Assembly: GCA_963717145.1 (NCBI GenBank)
Contig: OY970325.1
Coordinates: 2,368,001-2,432,000, forward strand
Reading direction: 5' to 3'
Origin: an uncultured Armatimonadetes bacterium
Lineage (GTDB): Bacteria; Armatimonadota; UBA5829; DTJY01
Length of the DNA stretch: 64,000 nucleotides
Part shown: piece after piece, positions 27,881 through 36,268 of the stretch
How positions within the stretch are numbered: position 1 is the stretch's first letter
Layout of the letters: each line of letters begins with the position of its first letter
The notes under the pieces: generated by a model
Databases searched by the model: none
Seen by the model: only the letters and a program-made list of their open reading frames with translations
What the model was told of the DNA's origin: nothing
Translations under genes and position numbers: made by a program

Positions 27881-30800
27881 ATGCGCAGAGTCGCGCTCAC
27901 CACACTGATCCTCATCCTGGCATGCGGCATGGCGACAGGACACACATTCTTCGGCGGCTATGACGCAGGGTCACAGGCAGTCCACGTGGCGAAGGGCCCG
28001 GCGCTGACGGGCGACCTGAGCGATCCTCTGTGGCACAAGGGCGGCCTCTGCAGGATCACGTACAAGTATGACGGCTCCGGCAACGCCAAGGAGCAGACCG
28101 AGGCCCGATTTCTGTTTGACTCCGAGAACCTCTACATCGGCGCCAAGTGCGATGAGCCCCTCCTCTCGGCGCTGAACCCGCAGATCAAGGACCGTGACGG
28201 CCTGGTCTGGACGGACGACAGCATCGAGATCCTGTTCGACACTGCAGACGCCCACCATGCATGCTACCACTTCATCGTGAACTCGATCGGCACTCTGTAT
28301 GACGAGAAGTGCCTCGCCGATGAGCGGACCGACCGCGCGTGGAACAGCAATGCCAGGGTGAAGGCCGGACGCGTCGACGGCGCATGGGTCGTCGAGATGG
28401 CAATCCCGTTCAAGGACCTCGGCATCACCCCCACCCCGGGACTCATCTGGGGAGTCAACGTCTGCCGGTCGAGATTCGTCGGCGAGAAGGAGCTGACCTC
28501 ATGGTCGTGGACTCCAGATGGCTTCGTCCAGCCGAAGAACTTTGAGCATCTGTTCTTCGTAGATGCGAACAATCAGACCACCTCGGGATTCATGCTGATG
28601 TCCTGGGGCAATCTGGACGCCGATGGATCATTCGGCGGCGATAACATCCTCAGGTGTAAGGCATGGACGCCGGGCGACCCGGTGGACCTCAACATCGCAT
28701 TCAGCTCGATGGTCGACGGCAAGATCAACGTCAACGAACGGCGGAAGATCAACGTGACGAGCCAGGCATCGACAGACGTGGATATTCCTTACTCGCCCTC
28801 GGATTCGCCGAACGAGACCTTCGATGTCAAGGTCACCTCGGGGACGGAGATCGTCTTCCATGCGACCCATCCCTCGACGGCCATGCCTCCGAAGCCCAGG
28901 GTCTGGCAGATCACTGATCCTCTGTTCACCGAATTGCTCTCGAAGAACCCTCCCGGCCTGCAGAAGGACGGATCGATCTACTGGTTCCACAGCGGAAATG
29001 CGTCCGAACTGCGCCCGTTCGCGAAGGAATACGGCCTCCGGTACTCGCTCGACGAGGCGTTCAAGGAACTCGCGGACAACAAGCTGATGCCGATCGTAAT
29101 GACCGCCCAACTGGCGAACCCCGAATGGACGCAGATGGCCGACAAGTATGGCGTGAAGGTGCTCCTCGAGCCGGATTACCGGCCTTCGTCCGCGAAGGGC
29201 GTGCCGGCGGTCGACGGACTGCCGTACATCCTCGATCCCCGGAGCAGAGAGGTCTACCTGGAGAACCTGGCGGACACGATCGCCATGTCCCGCCCGCGCA
29301 TCTGGGGCATCTATACCTACGATGAACTGAACGACTATGCGACTATGCAGGGAGTGCGGTTCTTCTCCGAACAGAAGGATTCCTACCCGTTCATACTGGA
29401 GGCGGATGCGGAAGTCAAGGAGACCTTTGGCTACGGGAAGTACGGATTCCCGGAATCGCCGACGGACGAGAACCCGTTCCGCTGGATCGCATATCACAAG
29501 TGGGTGAACAGCAAGCTCCTCGACTGGCAGAAGGTGGTCTACGAGACCGTCCGGAAGCTCGCGCCGGAGATCAAGGTCATCTCGATGGACCCGGTCGCGG
29601 GCCACAAGCCGTATGACCTCGACCGCATCGGCCCATACGTGGACATCGTGACCCATCAGCTTTATCCGTCCTCCAACCCGAACCGCCAGGAGTTCGGATT
29701 CGTGACCAAATTCGTCGCCGACCTGACCGGGAAGCCCGTGTGGCCCTGCGCGCACGTCGAGAACTACGCCTACGCGACGACCGCCGAGGAGACCCGCGAG
29801 CTGATGAGCCAGGTGATGCGGAACGGCGGCAAGGGATTCCACCTCTACATCCCGGACGTTCGCGGCGGAAGCGTCACATCAGGCGACACCAAGCTGACGA
29901 AGTACGGCAGCCCGGAGCGCTACCGGGCGATCACCGAGATACTGAAGACCACTCGAAGCATGAACGAGGTCGCGATGCCGACCGCCGACTGCGCGATCAT
30001 GTACTCCGAGGACCACTACCAGTCGTTCCCGGGCAAGCACTACGTCTTCCCGAATGAGCCGGAGTTCGCTTACACACTGCTCGGGCCGGTCGCGGGGACG
30101 TGGTTCGACTTCATCAGCGACAACATGGTGGCCGATGGGAAGGACCTCTCGAAGTACAAGGCGATCTTCGTCCCGGCGGCGAAATACGAGCGCCGGTCGG
30201 TCGTCGAGAAGCTGCTGAAGTACCTGGAGAACGGGGGGCAACTCATCCTGGGCAGCCCGGACTGCTTCACCTATGCGCCTGATGGATCGAGCCTCGAGGA
30301 TCTGAGACAGGAGTTGAGTCCCAGGAAGAACATGATTATCTTTCAAGCGAACCCATTCACCGAGGCGAACGTCGGCGACGAGAAGGTGAAGTCCGAGTTC
30401 AAGGAGCTAGTGAAGGGCTTTGGGGTCAAGACCGACCGGGATATCTGGCGATTCAAGTTCCCAGAGTTCAAGACCGTCTACCAGCCCGACCCAGGCGGCA
30501 AGTGCCTCACGGGCAACTTCATCAAGTGGCAGCAGGAGCGCCCACTGGACGTCCTGAATATCTCCACCAGCTCCTATACGTATTCGGTGGGCCCGGTTGC
30601 GGTCGCGGACCAGGGCGGCGATGCATTGACCGACCGGAAGCTCGCGCCGACTGTGAAGAAGACAGACTTGAGGCCGGAGGACTTCGTCGCCTCGTGGAAA
30701 ACCGAGCAGCCGACGAGCGTGACGTTCGATTTCAAGAAGCCCTACCCCATCAGCAGGGTGCACCTCTGGTATTCGGACCAGCTCCCGGCGCTGACCATCG

Positions 30801-30985
30801 AGGGGAGCATGGACGGCAAGACGTGGACGACTCTCGCGGACAATCCGAAGCAGTCGCCGACGCAGGACGTGCTCGACGTGGAACTGCCCTGCAAGGGCAC
30901 CTACCGCTATGTGCGGTTCTCCTTCGGCCCACGTGATCCGGGGCAGATGATGACCCTCGTCGAGTGTGAGGTGTGGGCAAAGTGA
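27881..30985 (+). CDS. Secreted multidomain carbohydrate-active protein (CBM9/DOMON-like, GH-like barrel, C-terminal discoidin/F5-8-like)
   Basis: LTGDLSDPLW, WTDDSIEILFD, WVVEMAIPFKDL, WGVNVCR; YTYDE; C-terminal EGSMDGKTW, YRYVRF, ECEVW. Confidence 0.75.
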   Translation: MRRVALTTLILILACGMATGHTFFGGYDAGSQAVHVAKGPALTGDLSDPLWHKGGLCRITYKYDGSGNAKEQTEARFLFDSENLYIGAKCDEPLLSALNPQIKDRDGLVWTDDSIEILFDTADAHHACYHFIVNSIGTLYDEKCLADERTDRAWNSNARVKAGRVDGAWVVEMAIPFKDLGITPTPGLIWGVNVCRSRFVGEKELTSWSWTPDGFVQPKNFEHLFFVDANNQTTSGFMLMSWGNLDADGSFGGDNILRCKAWTPGDPVDLNIAFSSMVDGKINVNERRKINVTSQASTDVDIPYSPSDSPNETFDVKVTSGTEIVFHATHPSTAMPPKPRVWQITDPLFTELLSKNPPGLQKDGSIYWFHSGNASELRPFAKEYGLRYSLDEAFKELADNKLMPIVMTAQLANPEWTQMADKYGVKVLLEPDYRPSSAKGVPAVDGLPYILDPRSREVYLENLADTIAMSRPRIWGIYTYDELNDYATMQGVRFFSEQKDSYPFILEADAEVKETFGYGKYGFPESPTDENPFRWIAYHKWVNSKLLDWQKVVYETVRKLAPEIKVISMDPVAGHKPYDLDRIGPYVDIVTHQLYPSSNPNRQEFGFVTKFVADLTGKPVWPCAHVENYAYATTAEETRELMSQVMRNGGKGFHLYIPDVRGGSVTSGDTKLTKYGSPERYRAITEILKTTRSMNEVAMPTADCAIMYSEDHYQSFPGKHYVFPNEPEFAYTLLGPVAGTWFDFISDNMVADGKDLSKYKAIFVPAAKYERRSVVEKLLKYLENGGQLILGSPDCFTYAPDGSSLEDLRQELSPRKNMIIFQANPFTEANVGDEKVKSEFKELVKGFGVKTDRDIWRFKFPEFKTVYQPDPGGKCLTGNFIKWQQERPLDVLNISTSSYTYSVGPVAVADQGGDALTDRKLAPTVKKTDLRPEDFVASWKTEQPTSVTFDFKKPYPISRVHLWYSDQLPALTIEGSMDGKTWTTLADNPKQSPTQDVLDVELPCKGTYRYVRFSFGPRDPGQMMTLVECEVWAK

Positions 30986-32400
30986 GCTTAAGTCGACCGA
31001 CAACGAATATCAAACGAATGAACGTATACCATCAGCGACGGGTTCATTCGTTTATTCGTTTGATATTCGTTGTCGGTGCTCTGGCGGTCTGCCTCCTCCT
31101 GGCCGGATGCTCGACCCATAGGAAGCCCGCGGAGACCCGCATCAAGTGGTGGGTCTTCCCGATGTGGAACGGCATCACCGGCACGGAAAAGAACGCCACC
31201 GCCGAGGACTGGCCGCGCCTTAAGATCAAGGAGTTCGAGAAGACGCACCCCGGCGTGAAGATCGACCTCGAAGTGCTCACCTGGCAGGGAGGCAGCCAGA
31301 AGCTCGACCTCTCCGTCCTGTCGGAGACCTATCCCGACATCTGCTACCTCGCCGCCGTCAACCTGCGCAAATACGCCGACCAGGGCGTCCTCGAGCCGAT
31401 CGATCCGTACCTGACCGACGCCGACCGCGCGGATGTCTACCCCAACGTCATGGACCTCTGCCGCTATCAGGACAACACCTACCTCTGGCCGTGGCTCTGC
31501 AACGCGCTCGTCATGGCGATCAACGTCGACATCTTCAAGGAGCGACACGTCGAGCATCTCATCCCCAAGCCGCCTGAGCGCTCGTGGACCTACGACCAGT
31601 TCATCGAGGCCGCGAAGGCATGCACCTTCGACCGGAACGGCGACGGCAAGACCGACGTCTACGGCTATGCGCTGTACGGCATCCCGCTGAGCGTCGAGTA
31701 CCAGATGCTCACCCTCGTACAGGGCTTCGGCGGGCAACTCTACAGCGCGGACGGGACGCAGTTCACGCTCAATTCTCCGGAGGGCGTCCAGGGGATGCAG
31801 TTCCTCGTCGATCTGCTCGATAAGCACAAGGTCGTGCCGCCCGGACCGGCGGGGACTCAATCCGGGCAGGTCGGCCAGATGTTCATGAACCAGGAGACCG
31901 CCACGATTTCGTCCGTCTCGGGTGTCATCAAGTCGATCAAGAACTCGGCGGCGCGCGGGGAGTTCCCGCTCTTCAATGCGATCCTCGTGCAGCCGCCTCA
32001 TCTGCCCGGGAAGAAGCCCGCGAGCCTGCTGTCGGTCGGCGGATACGTCGTCTTCAAGCAGGAGGACAAGCGCAGGCGGGACATGACCATGGAGTTCGCG
32101 CGATTCCTGACGAACAAGGAGAACGGGCGGGCGCTGTCCGTGATCGGGCAGCTTCCGGCGCGGAAGTCGGCGGGCGACATCTATCCCGGCGACGTGGACA
32201 TGGCCGTCGTGGCGGGACTGCTCCCGGTCGCACACGAGTATTTCACCGCCGCCGGGCCCGAGCTTGGCCAGGTGCTGAACAACATCTATCAGCAGATCTT
32301 CACTCACTCGAAGACGCCCGTTGAGGCGCTGAGTGATGCCGAGAAGCGAGCCAACGAGATCATCGCCCGCGAGCGCCTGGACAGAGGGTTGAAGCCATGA
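30982..32400 (+). CDS. Sugar ABC transporter substrate-binding lipoprotein
   Basis: Lipobox LLAGC, FEKTHPGVKI, YPDI, WTYDQF; upstream of two CUT1 permeases; GTGA-coupled start (ATG 31018 is an alternative). Confidence 0.9.
   Translation: MSLSRPTTNIKRMNVYHQRRVHSFIRLIFVVGALAVCLLLAGCSTHRKPAETRIKWWVFPMWNGITGTEKNATAEDWPRLKIKEFEKTHPGVKIDLEVLTWQGGSQKLDLSVLSETYPDICYLAAVNLRKYADQGVLEPIDPYLTDADRADVYPNVMDLCRYQDNTYLWPWLCNALVMAINVDIFKERHVEHLIPKPPERSWTYDQFIEAAKACTFDRNGDGKTDVYGYALYGIPLSVEYQMLTLVQGFGGQLYSADGTQFTLNSPEGVQGMQFLVDLLDKHKVVPPGPAGTQSGQVGQMFMNQETATISSVSGVIKSIKNSAARGEFPLFNAILVQPPHLPGKKPASLLSVGGYVVFKQEDKRRRDMTMEFARFLTNKENGRALSVIGQLPARKSAGDIYPGDVDMAVVAGLLPVAHEYFTAAGPELGQVLNNIYQQIFTHSKTPVEALSDAEKRANEIIARERLDRGLKP
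30996..31077. repeat. ACGAAT-motif inverted repeat (29-bp arms) inside the SBP signal-peptide region
   Basis: accgacaacgaatatcaaacgaatgaacg / cgtttattcgtttgatattcgttgtcggt. Confidence 0.85.
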
Positions 32401-33284
32401 ACCGCAACTCTCTCATTCGAAGAATCATCCGGGCGCGATGGGCATACATCTTCATCGCCCCCGCGGTCCTGCACTTCCTCATATTCAACGTATATCCGAT
32501 CGTCTCGACGGTCTATCTCAGCTTCGTCCGGTTCAACCTCCAGGGGAACACATTCGTCGGCCTGCAGAACTACCAGATCACGATGGCCGACGCGGTCTTC
32601 TGGAAGTCGATGGCGAACACGGCGCTCTATGCGATGGTCGTCGTGCCGGTTGGGATCGGCATCTCGCTCTTCCTATCGGCGCTGATCTTCCCGCTCCGCA
32701 CGTCGGCGCAGAACTTCTACAAGGGCGCATTCTACCTGCCCGGAATCGTGTCGGCGGTCGTGGTCTCGATGATCTGGCTCTGGATGTTCGACTCGGCGCA
32801 CGGCCTGCTGAACTACATGCTCTCCGTCGGCGGGCTGAACCCGATCTCGTGGCTCGGCGAATCGCGGACCGCCCTGCCCTCGCTGATGTTCATGGCGGTG
32901 GCGGGCGGCGGCGGATCGGCGATCATCCTCTACCTCGCGGCGATGGGCGGCATCCCGGCGACCCTCTATGAGGCCGCGCAGATCGACGGCGCGACGAGGT
33001 GGACCGAGTTCTGGAAGATCACGCTCCCGCTCCTGAAGCCGACGACGCTCTATCTGGCTGTGATGGGCACGATCGGCTCGTTCCAGGTGTTCACCAGCAT
33101 CTACATGATGACGCGCGGCGGCCCGAACTACGCGACCTCGACCATCGTATACTCGATCTACCAAACCGCGTTCGAGTTCCTGAAGCTCGGCCGGGCGTCG
33201 GCGATGGCGCTCATCCTGGCGGTGATCATCATCGCGGCGAGCGCGATTCAGTTCAAGCTCCTCGGCACGGAGGTCGAATACTGA
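32397..33284 (+). CDS. Carbohydrate ABC transporter permease (MalF-like)
   Basis: FVGLQNY, LYEAAQIDGA...ITLPLLKP EAA loop. Confidence 0.95.
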   Translation: MNRNSLIRRIIRARWAYIFIAPAVLHFLIFNVYPIVSTVYLSFVRFNLQGNTFVGLQNYQITMADAVFWKSMANTALYAMVVVPVGIGISLFLSALIFPLRTSAQNFYKGAFYLPGIVSAVVVSMIWLWMFDSAHGLLNYMLSVGGLNPISWLGESRTALPSLMFMAVAGGGGSAIILYLAAMGGIPATLYEAAQIDGATRWTEFWKITLPLLKPTTLYLAVMGTIGSFQVFTSIYMMTRGGPNYATSTIVYSIYQTAFEFLKLGRASAMALILAVIIIAASAIQFKLLGTEVEY

Positions 33285-34150
33285 TGGGCAGTCCGACTCG
33301 TCTGACAAGTCCGACCGGTCTGACACGTCCGCGGGTATCCCCGTTCACGGTGGCGGCTTATGTCATCCTGACGCTGTGGGCTTTGTGGGCGCTCCTGCCG
33401 CTGTTCTGGATGATCTCGACCTCGTTCAAGGAGGTCCGGGCGGCGATCAAGATCCCGCCCGAGTGGCTTCCGGCTCATCCGACTTTGATCAACTACGAGC
33501 ACCTCTTCGCACGCGCGCCGGCGTTCAGATGGTTCGCGAACAGCGCCATCGTGGCGGTCGCACACACGCTCACGATGCTCTTCTTCTGCTCGATGGCGGG
33601 CTACGCGTTCGCCAAGAAGGAGTTCCCCGGCAAGACCGCGATCTTCTGGAGCCTGCTCAGCACGATGATGATCCCCGGCATGGTGCTGCTTGTGCCGCTG
33701 TTCCTGCTGGTCTCGCGCATGGGGCTGATCAACAACTTCGGCGGGCTGATCCTGCCGGGGATGGTCGGCGCGTTCGGCGTATTCCTGATGAAGCAGTTCA
33801 TGGGGACGCTGCCGAACGAGCTGATCGACGCCGCGCGGATCGACGGCGCGGGCGAATTCGGGGTCTACTCGCGGGTGATCCTGCCGCTCTCGAAGCCGGC
33901 GCTGGCGGTGCTCGGGATCTTCAGCTTCATGGGCGCGTGGAACGACTTCCTCTGGCCGCTGCTGATCACTCAGTCGAAGGAGATGCGCACGCTCGCGGTC
34001 GGGCTCGCGACGCTCCAGCAGGAGTCGATGACCGACTTCGGCCTCCTGATGGCGGGCTCGGCGTTCGCGGCGGTCCCGATGATCATCGTCTTCTTCGCAT
34101 TCCAGAAGCACTTCCTCAAGGGCCTCACCATCGGCGCGCTCAAGGGATGA
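33284..34150 (+). CDS. Carbohydrate ABC transporter permease (MalG-like)
   Basis: TGATG coupling; ELIDAARIDGA, WNDFLWPL, FQKHFLKGLTIGALKG. Confidence 0.95.
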   Translation: MGSPTRLTSPTGLTRPRVSPFTVAAYVILTLWALWALLPLFWMISTSFKEVRAAIKIPPEWLPAHPTLINYEHLFARAPAFRWFANSAIVAVAHTLTMLFFCSMAGYAFAKKEFPGKTAIFWSLLSTMMIPGMVLLVPLFLLVSRMGLINNFGGLILPGMVGAFGVFLMKQFMGTLPNELIDAARIDGAGEFGVYSRVILPLSKPALAVLGIFSFMGAWNDFLWPLLITQSKEMRTLAVGLATLQQESMTDFGLLMAGSAFAAVPMIIVFFAFQKHFLKGLTIGALKG

Positions 34151-34176
34151 GTGCAGGTAACGAGTGAAGGCTGAGC

Positions 34177-34224
34177 CGTGGTGTTTCGGGGTCTCGTCTG
34201 CGAAGGAAAGCCCGAAACACCACG
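34177..34224. terminator. Hairpin between convergent genes
   Basis: cgtggtgtttcggg / cccgaaacaccacg 14-bp stem. Confidence 0.55.
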
Positions 34225-34240
34225 CCAACTATGGTCGACA

Positions 34241-35176
34241 TCACGCATCGGGCGATTCCGATGGTTCTTCCGGCGAGACTGGCTGGCTGTCGCTGGTTCC
34301 AGCCTCCAGAGCTTCAATAACCTGTTGATCCAGCATCTCGCGGGCCTCCTCATTGGAGAGCACTACCCTGAGTGCCGGTACCTCGGTGCCCTTCTGGCCA
34401 TCGTGAACCTGATACCTCTCCAGTAGATTGTCAGCAAGTGCAAAATCGATGAGCCCGTTGGTGTCGATACCAGGCGCCGAGTTGAAATTGCGAATCACGT
34501 TCCCAACACCGACGTAGGGCAGTTTCGTCTGCCCACGACCGACGAAAGTGACCAGATTGGTCATAGCTGAGTCCATTGGTCCCGCCATTGGCAGCTCAGC
34601 TACCTGCTCGTCTGAGGGAGTCTTGCTGAGATCAAGTACCCTGGTGAACGACAGACCGGCATCGTCCAGATCTTCGGCCAAGGCCTTCAGCAAGTGCCCC
34701 TGGATGGATCTCACCTCGCGGATGACATCATTCCACCGGTTCGGGCCCTCTGTCTGGCTGATCTCGCCATCCTTGGCCATGCGAAAGACCCTGTCAAAGA
34801 AGCTGCTCGCCTTGCGCACACAGCCGTGCACGCGGATGGAGAACAGCGGGCGATTGTCCCAATACGCGTTCTTCAGCGCATCAAGTGTGTTTTCGGCCTC
34901 GTCCCAAGTCATCTCCTTTCTGGGGTTAGCAGCGCTCATGACATCCCGGATCAAGTCCTGAGTCATCTTCCAGATGCTCAGATAGGTCTCGAGTCTTCTC
35001 TTGTAGTAGTCGGAAGCCAACCCGAGTTCAACCTTCTGAACCTCAATGTCCCCTGCAAACTTACTTTTCACCCACTCGTTAATCATGGGCACGAAGAGCG
35101 CTCCTAGCACGAGCACAGCGATGGCAAACAAGGACAGATTGCCAGCATACTCCAGCAGACTAACCACTTCCGCCAT
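34241..35176 (-). CDS. Membrane-anchored hypothetical protein (lower GC, accessory)
   Basis: AGGAGG RBS, one N-terminal TM, helical region, possible winged-helix-like C-terminus. Confidence 0.7.
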   Translation of the reverse strand: MAEVVSLLEYAGNLSLFAIAVLVLGALFVPMINEWVKSKFAGDIEVQKVELGLASDYYKRRLETYLSIWKMTQDLIRDVMSAANPRKEMTWDEAENTLDALKNAYWDNRPLFSIRVHGCVRKASSFFDRVFRMAKDGEISQTEGPNRWNDVIREVRSIQGHLLKALAEDLDDAGLSFTRVLDLSKTPSDEQVAELPMAGPMDSAMTNLVTFVGRGQTKLPYVGVGNVIRNFNSAPGIDTNGLIDFALADNLLERYQVHDGQKGTEVPALRVVLSNEEAREMLDQQVIEALEAGTSDSQPVSPEEPSESPDA

Positions 35177-35381
35177 CAACAACACCTCCTGGGATGGTGA
35201 TTGTCCCGCTTGTGGTAGCCGGTGACTCGCAGGCATTGTAAGCTCATACTTCTTCTTTGTCAACCCGTATCATTAATCGGCGATACCCTCGCAATTGTAC
35301 CTGCAGAACCTCTGGTGGAGCGCCGATAATGAGGATAGTAGTGCGTCCCACGAGGGAAACCCCGTCCCCGACGCCGTGGGG

Positions 35382-35510
35382 GACGTCCTGATCGGCGGGG
35401 TGGACGGCCTGATCGCCGGGATGGACGGCCCTTTCAATGGGGTCGATGGCCTTCTCGCCGATGTGGACATCCATCCCCGTGAGAGGGACGCAGCGATTGC
35501 CGAGAGGGAC
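35382..35510. repeat. Degenerate 21-nt periodic tract
   Basis: GAC/GAT at 35382, 35403, 35424, 35445, 35466, 35487 and 35508. Confidence 0.75.
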
Positions 35511-35540
35511 ATCCCAATCTGAAAACAGGAGGTAGTAAGC

Positions 35541-36197
35541 ATGGCTGGAGGTTATGATTATATTCCGCGAGTCGATGCCACATTCGTGGACTGGATGGAG
35601 AATTTCGTCAGCATGTTGACCAGCAACATGGGGATGGTGGGCCTGTTGGCCGCAGATATCACGCCGGTCGAGAGCGCGAAGGACATCTTCGCGGACGCCC
35701 TCAACAACCAGACTACGCAACAGGCCATGGCGAAATCCGCCGTCGAGAACAAACAGACCCGGCGCGGCGAACTCGAGCATGTGCTTCGCCCGCTGGTCCA
35801 GCGCATCCAGAATCATCCCGGCATGACGAACCAGCTCAGGGGCCTTCTGGGGATCACCGTCATGGGCCAAGGCGGTCAGCAGGTCACGGGCGCGGGACCG
35901 GATGTTCCGAGCGTCTTCCTGGAGATGAAGCCGGGCCAGGTGATCGTTCACTTCGGCACGGATGCGTCGAACGAGATGCACAACGGCAAGCCGGGTTGGG
36001 CACGCGGGTGCCTGATCTATCGCAAGAAATCGGGCGAGTCGAACTTCAGCATGATCGCCTACGACACCGCTTCGCCGTATGTGGACACGGTGTCGGGCAC
36101 GGCGGTCGATGCGACGTACAAGGTCGCGTACCGAGGCACGGATGAGAACGACATCGGCGCGTCTTCCCCCGAGCAGACGGTGGCGGCGGGAGGATAG
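35541..36197 (+). CDS. Hypothetical protein: helical N-domain plus Fn3-like C-domain
   Basis: AGGAGG RBS; DYIP..D..F..W..NF, LGI, KP..A.GC.IY, T.SPYVD, IG..S pattern. Confidence 0.75.
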   Translation: MAGGYDYIPRVDATFVDWMENFVSMLTSNMGMVGLLAADITPVESAKDIFADALNNQTTQQAMAKSAVENKQTRRGELEHVLRPLVQRIQNHPGMTNQLRGLLGITVMGQGGQQVTGAGPDVPSVFLEMKPGQVIVHFGTDASNEMHNGKPGWARGCLIYRKKSGESNFSMIAYDTASPYVDTVSGTAVDATYKVAYRGTDENDIGASSPEQTVAAGG

Positions 36198-36235
36198 GCG
36201 GGAAGTGTAGAGTTGGGAGTGTAGAGTGTAGAGTT

Positions 36236-36264
36236 GGGGCGGGAGGAGACTCCCGCCCCTTTTT
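36236..36264 (+). terminator. Rho-independent terminator
   Basis: ggggcgggag-gaga-ctcccgcccc-ttttt. Confidence 0.85.
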
Positions 36265-36268
36265 CGTG

